A stretch of 64,000 bases of DNA, taken from an uncultured Clostridia bacterium (lineage in GTDB: Bacteria > Bacillota > Clostridia > HGM11514). The DNA lies in contig CAKSKB010000008.1 in the NCBI GenBank assembly GCA_934464705.1, positions 1,591-65,590 of the forward strand. The letters are read 5' to 3'. Positions 38,501-48,000 of the stretch are shown one piece after another. A model generated the notes under the pieces. That model saw nothing but the letters and a program-made list of their open reading frames with translations, made no database searches and was not told where the DNA came from. How positions within the stretch are numbered: position 1 is the first letter of the stretch; every line of letters begins with the position of its first letter. The position numbers and the translations under genes were made by a program.

Positions 38501-41500
38501 GCACCGTTGGTTTTTACAATAGCCTCTTTTGCGTTTTCGGGCGCTGCAAGACTCACAACGCTGAGCGCACGGATATTTGTTCCGTAAAGCGCGGTTCCTT
38601 CGTCGGCGCTGCCAAGGCTGTCGCCGCCGCGGCTCGGTGCGCTGAGGTCGATATTCTTACCGAACGAAACCTTTTCGCCCCAGTAATAAATAACACCGAA
38701 TTTAATTCCTATTATTTTAATATTTGCGCCTATAAACTCATGGGACGCCGCCGCTTCAACCCCGGCAAGCTCCTTGCCGCCGACAAACGGTATGCTGTCG
38801 GGTATGCACAGCGAAGCATAGATATAGCCGTAGAAATAGTCGTCCGCTATGTTTACGGTTATGCCGCCCTTTATCAGCCCGTCAATAATATTTATGCTGC
38901 CGTAAAGGTTCAGTTCCCACGGTTCAATCCACCGCGCCTGTATGCCCGCCTGCAGATTTAGGATTCCCTTTGCATATTTTATATTCATATCACCCGTAAG
39001 CGACAGCCCTTCAAGGCTGATTCTGGCGTTGAAATCTCCCGTAAGCACCCCGATTGCCTCCAGCCTTGTGAAAAGAAGAAGCGTTACCGGAGGAAGTTTA
39101 TCAAAACTGCCGCCTATGGAATCCGCCAAATCGTTGATTCCGCCGCCGAGACCCGTCATGAAAAGAACAGGCGGCGCAAGAGGAATTCTCAGACCGTCAC
39201 GGATATAAAACTCAATCTTATCGGGAAGAATCTTATCCTTGCCCTTAAGTTTAACCTGCTTGAATGCAAGAACACCTTCGCACTCGATTACCTTAATGTT
39301 AAGACCCGCATTTATTTCATACACATTCTCAATTGTGTTGATTGTAACCGATGCATATATTCCCGGGGCGTTTGAAACGAGAGAACCGAGAAGGTCTTTC
39401 GGAAGACCGAGAGAGAACTTTGCGTCAATGCCTATATATCCCTTATCGTCTTCAACCTCAACCTTGCCGTCCTTAACTTCTCCCCGTTCGCCAAAGAGGA
39501 TATTATTGATTTCCGCCGAAAGCTCGCCTTCGGAAAGCTTGGTATCCTTAGAAATCTTGGTCTTTTCGTCAGATGTCGGCTGCGGAGTTTCGTCAAACAT
39601 CTGATTGAAGGTATCGGAATAATCGTCCGGGTCGCTGTCATCAAAGAGGTTGTTCATCTCCATAGAGATGTCCTCCTGGTCGGCAGTCAGATCCCTCTGC
39701 GGTTCATCTTTCTTCTTGGGCGCCTTTATCGGAAGGCTTATCGAGCCGCCGAAGCCTATGCCGTATGTAACAACACCGTCACCGTCCTCATACCAGCTTG
39801 AACTCATCTCGCCGAATTTCAGGTCGATAAGAAAACCGCCTATCATCTGAATCATTGTTGCCGCACCGTCGAGAGAAAGCGTAAGAGTCGCCGGTTCAAG
39901 CGCGGACGCATCCTGGAATCTCTCGGTATCAAGAGTTGTCGCAACGCCCTTGTTTACGGTAAAGCTCCACTTGCTGCGCCACACATTTATGGAGTTTACA
40001 ACCTTCAAAAGACCGTCGCCCTTAACTGTGTAAGCGCCGTTTTTCTCGTAAATTTCAAGCGGTTTATCGCCCTCGTATGAGAGCATATTGTTTATAATTA
40101 TATCGCCGTCGCCAAATTCCGCCTGCCAGTATCTTTCGCCGCTGTCACGCTTCATTTCGCGGATACCGCCCCGGATATTGAGTATAACTTCGGCGTCTGC
40201 AATTGCGTTTTCATCTTTACCGAAATCAAATTTGAGCTTTTCGCTGCGTATTTCGCCTGTTTTTTCAATTTCGCCATTATAGAATTTTTTATATTCACCC
40301 TCGTTTGCAAAAGTGAAAAACTCATAATCGGTAGCATTGTTCTTTGTTATTCTGACAAGCGCAATCGTTCCGTATGATTTCAGCTTATACTTTTCATCCG
40401 CCGAAACGGTAAGCGCTGCCTTGGCGGTTATGGATTTACCGAACTCCGCAATAAGGTCCTTATCGGAAAATGTGAACACAAGGCTGTACTCTCCGACCTC
40501 AAGTTCTTCTTTGGTGGTAAAGCTAAGATTCTGATATTCCTCATCCATGAACGCAATGTTCTTTTTCTCGATAAGCACGCTGTGGCCGCTCGTTTTGTGT
40601 TTAAGCCTTAAATCCCAGCCCTGATTGCCGGAAAGCGCCTTAAAAGGCTTCATTGAACCCGAAACCGTAATCGCCTTTTCGCCGCCGGTCCATACAATTT
40701 CGGGGCTGATCTTGCTCATCTGAACTTCTGCGGTCTTTCCGCTGACGGAGCGGAGAATAACGCTGTCCTCACCTGCGGTTTCGACCGTTTTCTGCGTTCC
40801 GTCGGAAAGATTTGCCGTTGCGGTGAGCGACGCATAAACCGTACCGGCGGTGAGGTCCGTCTGCGGTTTTGCGCGAAGCCTGAATTGCCTTGTTACAACC
40901 TCTTTGCCGATTTCATTTATAGTTACAATTGAGCCGATGCCGCCGACAATCTCGAAAAACTTTTCGTCAACGGTCAGATTAAGCTGTGCAGAGGTGAGCG
41001 GAACGGCAGCATCCCCCGAATTATCAATTTCAACAGTAACATCAAATTCGCCGCCGTTCTTGTAAGCTTTTCCGCTTTCGTCAAGTTCCACCCTGCCGCA
41101 AACGATGTTGAGCCCTATATCGCTTTCATCATCGTTTGTGAAATTTCCGACGCCGTAAAGCGATTCCGCAGAAAAGCTTCCGCCGTTCGGAACGGCCTTT
41201 TTCTCCCAGTATACCGCAACTGCGCTGTCGGGAGTTTTATACGCATTGGAATAATTGGTAAAATCACAGTATTCGTCGGGCTTATAGTCAAACCTTGTAT
41301 TTGCAAGATTCGCCCAGTGACCGACTATTACGGAGGACGGTTCAATTCCGCCGCTCCAGCCCTTGGTTATAACATACGCCAGTTTTGAAGGGTTGGACAG
41401 AGAATCCACACACCGAAGCTGCTGCGGAACCTCATCTCCGGAAAACTTTTTCTCCGTCATGGTCGGAACAATATCCGTATCTGCCACCACATACGGTGCG

Positions 41501-42045
41501 TCGGTATCGTTTCCGAGCGCGGTATCGAGCATAAGACGGACGCTTATATCGGAAGTCTTGCCGCTTGCGTTTGAAACCTCAAACGAAAAGCCGGCATTTC
41601 CGAGAGTATCGGTGTTTTCGTCCGTGCCGAGCGCAACCTTCATTTTTACGGTTACGCCGTTAATAGTCCACGGAACGGTTAAAAGTCTGCCCTCCTCGGA
41701 AACAACGGGTGTTCCGAGGGTTGAACTCAGACCGAAAAATCCGTAATCCTGCCCGAAAACATAATCCTTATCGTCTATACGGACGGAAACGAAAGAAGTT
41801 CCGTTGCTGCGCGCCTTATCCTCGCTGTAAAGCAAAGGAATATTATTGTCAAGCGACTTTTTGGGGTTACCCTCGGCGGTTTCGATTGCAAAACCGCCGG
41901 TATCCGCATGGAAGGTATATGTAAGATACCCGTTTGAAATACTGTAAATATTCTGTTCCTCAGCACCGGCAATACACGGCGTTAAAACACCGATAAGCAT
42001 CGAAAGCACAAGCGCATAAGAAATCAGTTTCTTAAAAATATTCAT
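35566..42045 (-). CDS. Giant (2159 aa) S-layer-homology-anchored cell-surface protein with Ig-like domains
   Basis: Signal peptide MNIFKKLISYALVLSMLIGVLTPCIAGA. An acidic linker (DDSDPDDYSDTFNQMFDETPQPTSDEK). Big_2-like domain (ISIRNGQSIDLTALLSANGSTYIADEDDVEWNI...). Coiled-coil (LEAKIAEAEGVLASEPNASERRKNALSDAIEKAKAVL). Three C-terminal SLH repeats (FTDVIESDWFYDNVAYVYDNNLFKG...; FEDVLDGAYYKDAVAWAAENGIVSG...; FADISEYAVPALKWTAASKIMVG...). Confidence 0.8.
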   Translation of the reverse strand: MNIFKKLISYALVLSMLIGVLTPCIAGAEEQNIYSISNGYLTYTFHADTGGFAIETAEGNPKKSLDNNIPLLYSEDKARSNGTSFVSVRIDDKDYVFGQDYGFFGLSSTLGTPVVSEEGRLLTVPWTINGVTVKMKVALGTDENTDTLGNAGFSFEVSNASGKTSDISVRLMLDTALGNDTDAPYVVADTDIVPTMTEKKFSGDEVPQQLRCVDSLSNPSKLAYVITKGWSGGIEPSSVIVGHWANLANTRFDYKPDEYCDFTNYSNAYKTPDSAVAVYWEKKAVPNGGSFSAESLYGVGNFTNDDESDIGLNIVCGRVELDESGKAYKNGGEFDVTVEIDNSGDAAVPLTSAQLNLTVDEKFFEIVGGIGSIVTINEIGKEVVTRQFRLRAKPQTDLTAGTVYASLTATANLSDGTQKTVETAGEDSVILRSVSGKTAEVQMSKISPEIVWTGGEKAITVSGSMKPFKALSGNQGWDLRLKHKTSGHSVLIEKKNIAFMDEEYQNLSFTTKEELEVGEYSLVFTFSDKDLIAEFGKSITAKAALTVSADEKYKLKSYGTIALVRITKNNATDYEFFTFANEGEYKKFYNGEIEKTGEIRSEKLKFDFGKDENAIADAEVILNIRGGIREMKRDSGERYWQAEFGDGDIIINNMLSYEGDKPLEIYEKNGAYTVKGDGLLKVVNSINVWRSKWSFTVNKGVATTLDTERFQDASALEPATLTLSLDGAATMIQMIGGFLIDLKFGEMSSSWYEDGDGVVTYGIGFGGSISLPIKAPKKKDEPQRDLTADQEDISMEMNNLFDDSDPDDYSDTFNQMFDETPQPTSDEKTKISKDTKLSEGELSAEINNILFGERGEVKDGKVEVEDDKGYIGIDAKFSLGLPKDLLGSLVSNAPGIYASVTINTIENVYEINAGLNIKVIECEGVLAFKQVKLKGKDKILPDKIEFYIRDGLRIPLAPPVLFMTGLGGGINDLADSIGGSFDKLPPVTLLLFTRLEAIGVLTGDFNARISLEGLSLTGDMNIKYAKGILNLQAGIQARWIEPWELNLYGSINIIDGLIKGGITVNIADDYFYGYIYASLCIPDSIPFVGGKELAGVEAAASHEFIGANIKIIGIKFGVIYYWGEKVSFGKNIDLSAPSRGGDSLGSADEGTALYGTNIRALSVVSLAAPENAKEAIVKTNGAGDQDALLLEIPYTGAGTPKAGEITVTSPKNGIVIETTPDDGNGGGNMVVQNRDDGNFIYVTVTDKNAIANGEWKVKYTTENIEIKTFSMNAVDDIAELTGVSASHDSSESFDMAANLTVTGKSHEKGCVDVYLTEDSDVLDKIKASKNSGDALGINILHKDGADIKSGTENITLPDSFPSGTYYMVATVSATDGISLAIDKTPITFKNPKLPKSVSSVHIAYGGNGGIFVSATDAENADYTHYLAEIISEDGKILDNAYGQFAMGSNFVFGKEANLEVGKNYFVRIKTLRETADPNDESKTLYYYGDGYADSNILTLPNPKTPKLLSVKTNFDTTKEFINQDSVTVEYTFSEPAFVELSVNGLKAYSDNKFKTDWKFVLDNLEDGDYIIDFTAYADNKDHITGADASDIENSQLGFTVDTSLPVLSLTRNTAASIEDPSAAVAIGANVITADESGAYTIEGMTENSAVLTVDGSSDGINISNNGGFTISKTLPEGKMSVVHRLKAADRAGNETELVVTVIRGGSAAISGIEIQNGGKSVAADSNGIKKISIRNGQSIDLTALLSANGSTYIADEDDVEWNIMYAKNIVSFEGGKLTALIPGETAVKAKISTADVETEDGQIISAGVSDNVVIEVGTNTRDDLEAKIAEAEGVLASEPNASERRKNALSDAIEKAKAVLNNSSSTDKDYTDSVSDLTEAIALFKKGDRPSGGSSSGSGSVRYYKVTVLESEHGKVTVSSERAASGTSVTVTATPDEGFVIADILINGMSVGRTSPYTIKSIDRDIEVKAVFAEKSRLPFTDVIESDWFYDNVAYVYDNNLFKGITDTLFGPNQNLTRAMLVTVLHRAEGEPKASRSSGFEDVLDGAYYKDAVAWAAENGIVSGYSETEFAPDDLITREQIAAIMYRYAGFKGIGVSAGESFDISSYADFADISEYAVPALKWTAASKIMVGRTETTLDPKATATRAEAAAILQRLLER

Positions 42046-42059
42046 ATCCGTCCTCCCCG

Positions 42060-45000
42060 TTAGTTAAGTACATAAACCTGAAGCGTAATATAATCACGCT
42101 TGTCAGTCTGGATAAAGAAGGTGTACCAGCCTGTTTCAAGACCGTCTATTTCAAATTCACCGTTTTGATTTTTTGAAATCATAGTACCCGAACGCTTCAT
42201 CTGCCCCATTGTTTTTACGCCCTTCTGATAGCGGACATAAGCTGTTGATGTCGGTGAGAAGTTCTTAAGCGCAATATTTATGCTGTCGCCGTCAACCTCG
42301 CTTCTGCCGGCAGCGTCCGGAAGTTTGCCGTTAACCGTTGCCGCAACATCGTAGAGCCCCACAAGGCGAACCGTTCTTTTAACCCTTGTCACATTATGTG
42401 CGTTATCCGCCACCTCGTAAGTTATAACATACGAAATGCTTCTGTCAAACTTGTTGTTTTCTATGTTATCGGGGTCAAATCCTCCCCAATCCGTTACCGC
42501 AACGGCGTTTGTAAGGTCATATCCTCCGCCGAACTTATCGTATGCGCGGAATGCCTCGCCCGGCTTTGTGAGCATATCCTTGCTGTAAGGCTCGCCCATT
42601 CCGGGGTTTTCATAGAACACGAGTTCTTCTTTGCCGAGAAGGTCAATCACCGGAGGCTCCTTGTCGATAACCTCAATATCCACCGCATACGAATCGGAAA
42701 GCTGATTGTTTTTCTTCATATCAAATATATACATTCCGTTGTCGGTGTAGGTTTTCTCGTTGGTTTTTGAGTAATCTCCGCTGCCGCCTGCGGGGCGTGT
42801 GTCGGAGTCGGTTGTAACGGTAACCGTAACATCATTGCCGGTTACGGGATTTGCTCCGTAGACATCTCCTGCCTTTGTAGAAACCCTGAAACCTGCCTCG
42901 TCCCCGGGCTTGTGGCTTCCGCTGTGGGGTTTGGTTACCCATGCGCCGTTTTCAAGCACATCATAGTCATAACTCCATCTTACCTCGGTAATTTTCGGAG
43001 CAACCGTATCGATTTCGCTGATCTTAACCGTGAGATAGGAACATATGCCCTCATCGTCAAAAACCTTGAAAGTGTAAACTCCGTTTTTGTAGAATGTGAA
43101 TTCCGCAATGTCGGCCTTATACTGAATGCCGCCGTAAAGCACATTTACATCGGCAAGGCTGCGTCTTTTATCGATTTCGTTCCCTGAAGCGTCAAGCGCC
43201 TTTTTGAACTTGATTTTCACTTCGGTTTTGTTCTCGTTCGGGAAAAGTTCCGCCGAGAGCGCCGGGGGAGTTTTATCGATATTCGACACCGTAACAACAT
43301 CGGTAACCTCATTTCCGCCCTCATCCGCGAATTTAATTCCGAGGGAGCCGCTTTCCGTAAAGGTTATTGTTGATGTTCCGTAATCAACCGAATACTGAGA
43401 GCGGTCGGTTATTCCGCTCACCGGTTCAACCTCGGTTATTTTCACATTCGGTTTTGAGAATTTAAGCGTTACGCTAACGCTCTTGGATGTAATCGTGTCG
43501 GGGTCAACACTGTAAACCGCGTCGATAATTTCGGGAGCCTCCGTATCTATATTGGAAATATGAAAGTTTTTCGTGGTTTTGTTTCCGACCTTATCGTAAA
43601 GCGTTATGCCATACGAACCGTTTTCCGGAAGTTCGCCGGTAAATTCGGTACCGTTTTCGGTAAGCGGAATATCCTTTCCGCCTGCCGCTTTCAGCGTAAC
43701 CGAACCCACGCCGCTGCCCTCATCGGTTGCGGTGATTGTTATTCCGACAGGCTTATTTGTTGTAAGCGTTGTTGAAAGCTGATATGAAATTTCGCCCGGA
43801 ATTATATCGAAGTTTACCGCCGAAATTTCTTTTGAAGCAGTATATCCGTACATATCCTTCATAGTAAATGTAAATGAAGGCTCATAGCTGTCCAAAATCT
43901 TTTCGGTGTTTCCGCCGTTATTGGTTATGCGCAGACCTCGCTCCTCTGCCCTGTCGGTAAGATTCACAATCGCCTTTACGCGTTTATAATAGGTGTTTTC
44001 CGCATTAATATCGGAAACCTCCTGCCAGTCTCCCTTTTCATCCTCGTAAAGGTAAGAAACTGTGTAGTCCTTGTCGGCGCCTTCCTCAATCGGAGTTTTG
44101 TTTATGCATTTGACCATCTTGTAGTCATCTCCGTCAAAAAGCTCGCACTCCGTTCCGAAGCCTTCAAGTCTCTGAACCGCTCCCCAAGAAACCGCACCTG
44201 TCTGCGAACTGCACCTAAGAGCGGTTATCCTTGAATTATCGGTAAAGGTGTATATAACCTTTTTAACACCGTACTCGTCACCGTCACTGATGAAATCGAT
44301 CTTAACCGGGTAACCGCCGGAGCTCATATCATAGCTCCACGGATTTTCGTCATAATCGATTAAGTTGCCGTCATCGTCGTGCATCGGGATATTAAGTTCA
44401 ACGGAGGTATCGGTCGCCTCGTCATAATATCCTCCGGCGTTAATCGTTTCTATACCGGATTCCGGATCCTGAATGGTAACCACGAAAGTTACATCGCCGA
44501 TTGTCGGATTTACGCCGATTATATCCTCATATTCATCGAAAACAAATATTTCGGGGTTGATTTCAACCTTTACAATCGGCGGAGTGTTGTCGATATTGTC
44601 CGCAATAAGGTCGCATATGCTCCATGTGTCTTTATCCGCATTTCCTGCCTCGAAACTGTAAACGCTGACGGCTCTTTCCATAATATTAAGGTATTTACCG
44701 ATGTCAAGAATGAGCGGATGTACGGAATAAACAAGCTTTGTATATCCGCCGCCGGCTTCATCATACTCTGATTGTTCCTCATTAAGGAACAACCCCTGAT
44801 TGTTTGCCGCCTGATCGTCATAAGGCATAACTCTCAAAGCGCTTTCCGAAGGCGTGATAACCAGCGTTACCTCGCCGCCCTCGGGTGACAGCATTTTATC
44901 ATCCGGAACATCAGAACCGTTAAACTGCCTTACGATATTTGCTTTTCCCGTAATGCCGAACTCAACATCGTTTATATCGATATTAACCGCCTTCGCTCTG

Positions 45001-48000
45001 CCTATGCTGTCAACGGTGTAAAGAGTGTAGCTGCCGTTTTTGTTTATTGCAAAGCTGTAATCCTGCGAATATGCGCCGGCATAACCTGCCGCAATCGAAA
45101 GATTTGTTTCCTCGAGTGTAAGCTCGTTTTCGGTATCGGGCGTATCCGTCACCTTATCCTCCGGCAACACATATACCGGAACATTGAAATTCACCCTGAC
45201 AATCGACTTTTTATCAGCCTTCTTCGGAAAAGCTTCCGCCGATTTTACGGTAATTTCCGCATCGGTTGTGTTTAATGTTTCCCCAAGAATAACATCACGG
45301 GTGTTGCCGAGGGAATCGGCAAGCCTTAACCCTATACGGAAACTTCCGGTTGTTCCGAAAATCTTCACGCTATATGTGTAGTTGTTGTCGCCGTCGAAAC
45401 TTCCGGCGCTGCTTGCCGTTTCGTATGCCGAAACGCTATCACTGCTGTATTCAAAATAAGTATCCTTGATTTTTCCGCCGGAGAGCGCCGATGCCGCCTC
45501 CGCTTCGGGAATAATCGCAAACGAAATACCGTCAGGTGCTGCTTCGTTAATCTTTATGCTTGCTTCGCAGTCTACCCTTTCGCCGCTCGGCTTTTGCGTA
45601 ACCGAAACGGTTTCCGCCGTAGGAGCCTCGCGGTCGATTCCGTTTATAATAAGCGGAACCTCGGTAACATTCCCGGCGGCGTCTGTGATTTTCAGGACGG
45701 TATTTGTATTCTGCGTTGCAGTAACGCTGTAGCCGTCCTCGCTTTTTTCGATTTTAACCGAAGAATCCTCGCATGTAACTGTCATACCAACGGGGTTATC
45801 GTCTGCCGTATAAAGCTTGCCCGAAATATTTGCGGTTGTGTGTTCGTCGCCCATTACAAGCCTTGCGCTCGGCGGCGTATCGTCATATATGAATCTGTAA
45901 ACCGTCGTCGAAATAAGGTTGGGATTGAATTTTGACATATCCTCGGCATTCGTGCCGATTGCAGCCTGAATATACAGCGTATTTTCGCCGTCCGCCGGGG
46001 CGGCAAGCGGAGATTTAATCTCCGTTTCGGCTTCAAAACCCGATTCTGTAACCGTCATTTTGTTGGTCTGCTTGTCGGGGTCTTTGTCGGTTCTGTTCCA
46101 GCTGCTCATCGACTGCAGACTTGTGCCGTACCTTATATAAAGATACTGACCGTCTGCCGCCGACGGGTTTTTAAACTCCTCCGAAACTTTAAGCGAAATG
46201 CTGTAATCCTCGGACGAAACAAGCGGCAGCCCTCCGTATGTAAGCTCGGTATCTGGTACAGCGGTAACAAGCGGTGCCGAATTTCTAATATAGAACACAT
46301 TCAGGGTGTCGCTTTCGGATCTGTGCCCGTAAACATCCTCGGCCGCTGCCTTGACAGCATATGCGCCGGACGACAGATTGCTGCCGAGCGTCAGCGTGGT
46401 ATTTATAATACCGCTTACCGGCGAAAGCGCTGTTTTTTCGATTCCGGAAATCTCACTGCCGTCAGGATTTACAACAACGGCATAGTTTTTGATTTCGGTT
46501 TCGGTGTTTTCCGCAACCCCCGTAACATCGTTTGCACGAACCGTCACATTCTGGGTTTCGGCATATGTTCCCTTGTTTTTAACAATTGTGTAAACCTCCG
46601 GAGCGGCGTTGTCAAACGCAAGCGGCCTTTTGTAAACCCTCGCATTTGCCTCCCCCGACGGCGGAACAACCTTGCACAGAAGCGTATAAGCTCCGTTCAT
46701 CAGAACATCCTTGCCGTCATTGTCCTTCTGAACCGCCGCACCTATATCCGCACCTGCACTGTAAGGCTTATAATCCGCAACAAAACCGCCTTTTTGGTCC
46801 TTCCACCTGTAATAAACCTTGTTGCTTGCATTTGTGGTTATCGAAATCTTATGGCTCGACTGCGCAACCGTACTGTCGGTCAGTATGTCAATGCTGCAGT
46901 CGGAGTCCTCATTAATAATATTAATATCCTTTGCGATAACTTCAGTTTCGTTTCCGAAAGCGTCCTTGCCCTTATAGAAAAGTCTGCCGGAAAAGTTTTC
47001 GCCCTTGTTGACCTTAAGAAAAGCCGCTGCGGTTTTTCCGCCCGAAACATCGGCCTGGTCAATAAATGCCCATTTGCCGAGCGTGCTTGAAATGGTTCCG
47101 CTCTTCTGCTGCTCTGCCGCAGCCTCGTCAAGCGCAGGGGCGGTAAGTTCATCGGTAAAGCAATAATAGAGCCTTCCCGTACCTGACGCATCTTCAATTG
47201 TCGCCTTATATGTATTGCTCTTGCTGCCGTCGGAGGCAGCAGCGCCGCTGCTTTCCGTCATGCTAACCCTCGGTGCAAGATTATCAAGCTTTATACCAGC
47301 GGTTTTACTTTCAAATGCATTGCCGGCATCGTCGGCGCCGCTAACCGAAAGCGTATATTCACCTTCCGTTTCCTCGCCGAGAGCAAGCGTAACAGAAGTT
47401 GAACTTCCTGCCGCAGAAGGAACGGTCTGCTCGGTATTACCCGTACCGCCGCCTTTGTAGTTCTTTATTTTAACAGCGTTTCCGTTTTTATCGAGAAGCT
47501 GCATTTTATATGTTTGCCGTCCGCCGGAACTGTTGGTATTTTCGCTGGGAGTTGAGGTGATATTCAGCGTTTTATGCCAATCGGTGAGATTTTCACCGGC
47601 GGACGGTTGTAACTTAACGGAAGGTCTTACCGCATCGACCTTATATGCTGACTGATACGATGAAAATTCGGTATTTTTGTCTGTTTCGTTCCAAAGCATA
47701 AAGGTCGTATCGTCATTTCCGAATTTAAGCTTGGGGTTGTCAAAGCTGAGGGTCATTCCGACATTTTCGGAATCCGCACCCTCGTCATACGGGAAAACCA
47801 ATCTGAAGCAGCCGTCCGACACTTTGACCGACTTTGCTTCCGCCGTAAGCTTTTTTCCTGTCCTGCCAAGCTGAAGATAAGCATTGTCACAGATAAATGT
47901 TGCATCGGCATTAAGATTTTCCAAACTGATATGTTTGTTGTTATACGGTTTGTCATCCTTGTTCTTAACATAGCAGTCTACGGCTATTTTCCTGTCTGTG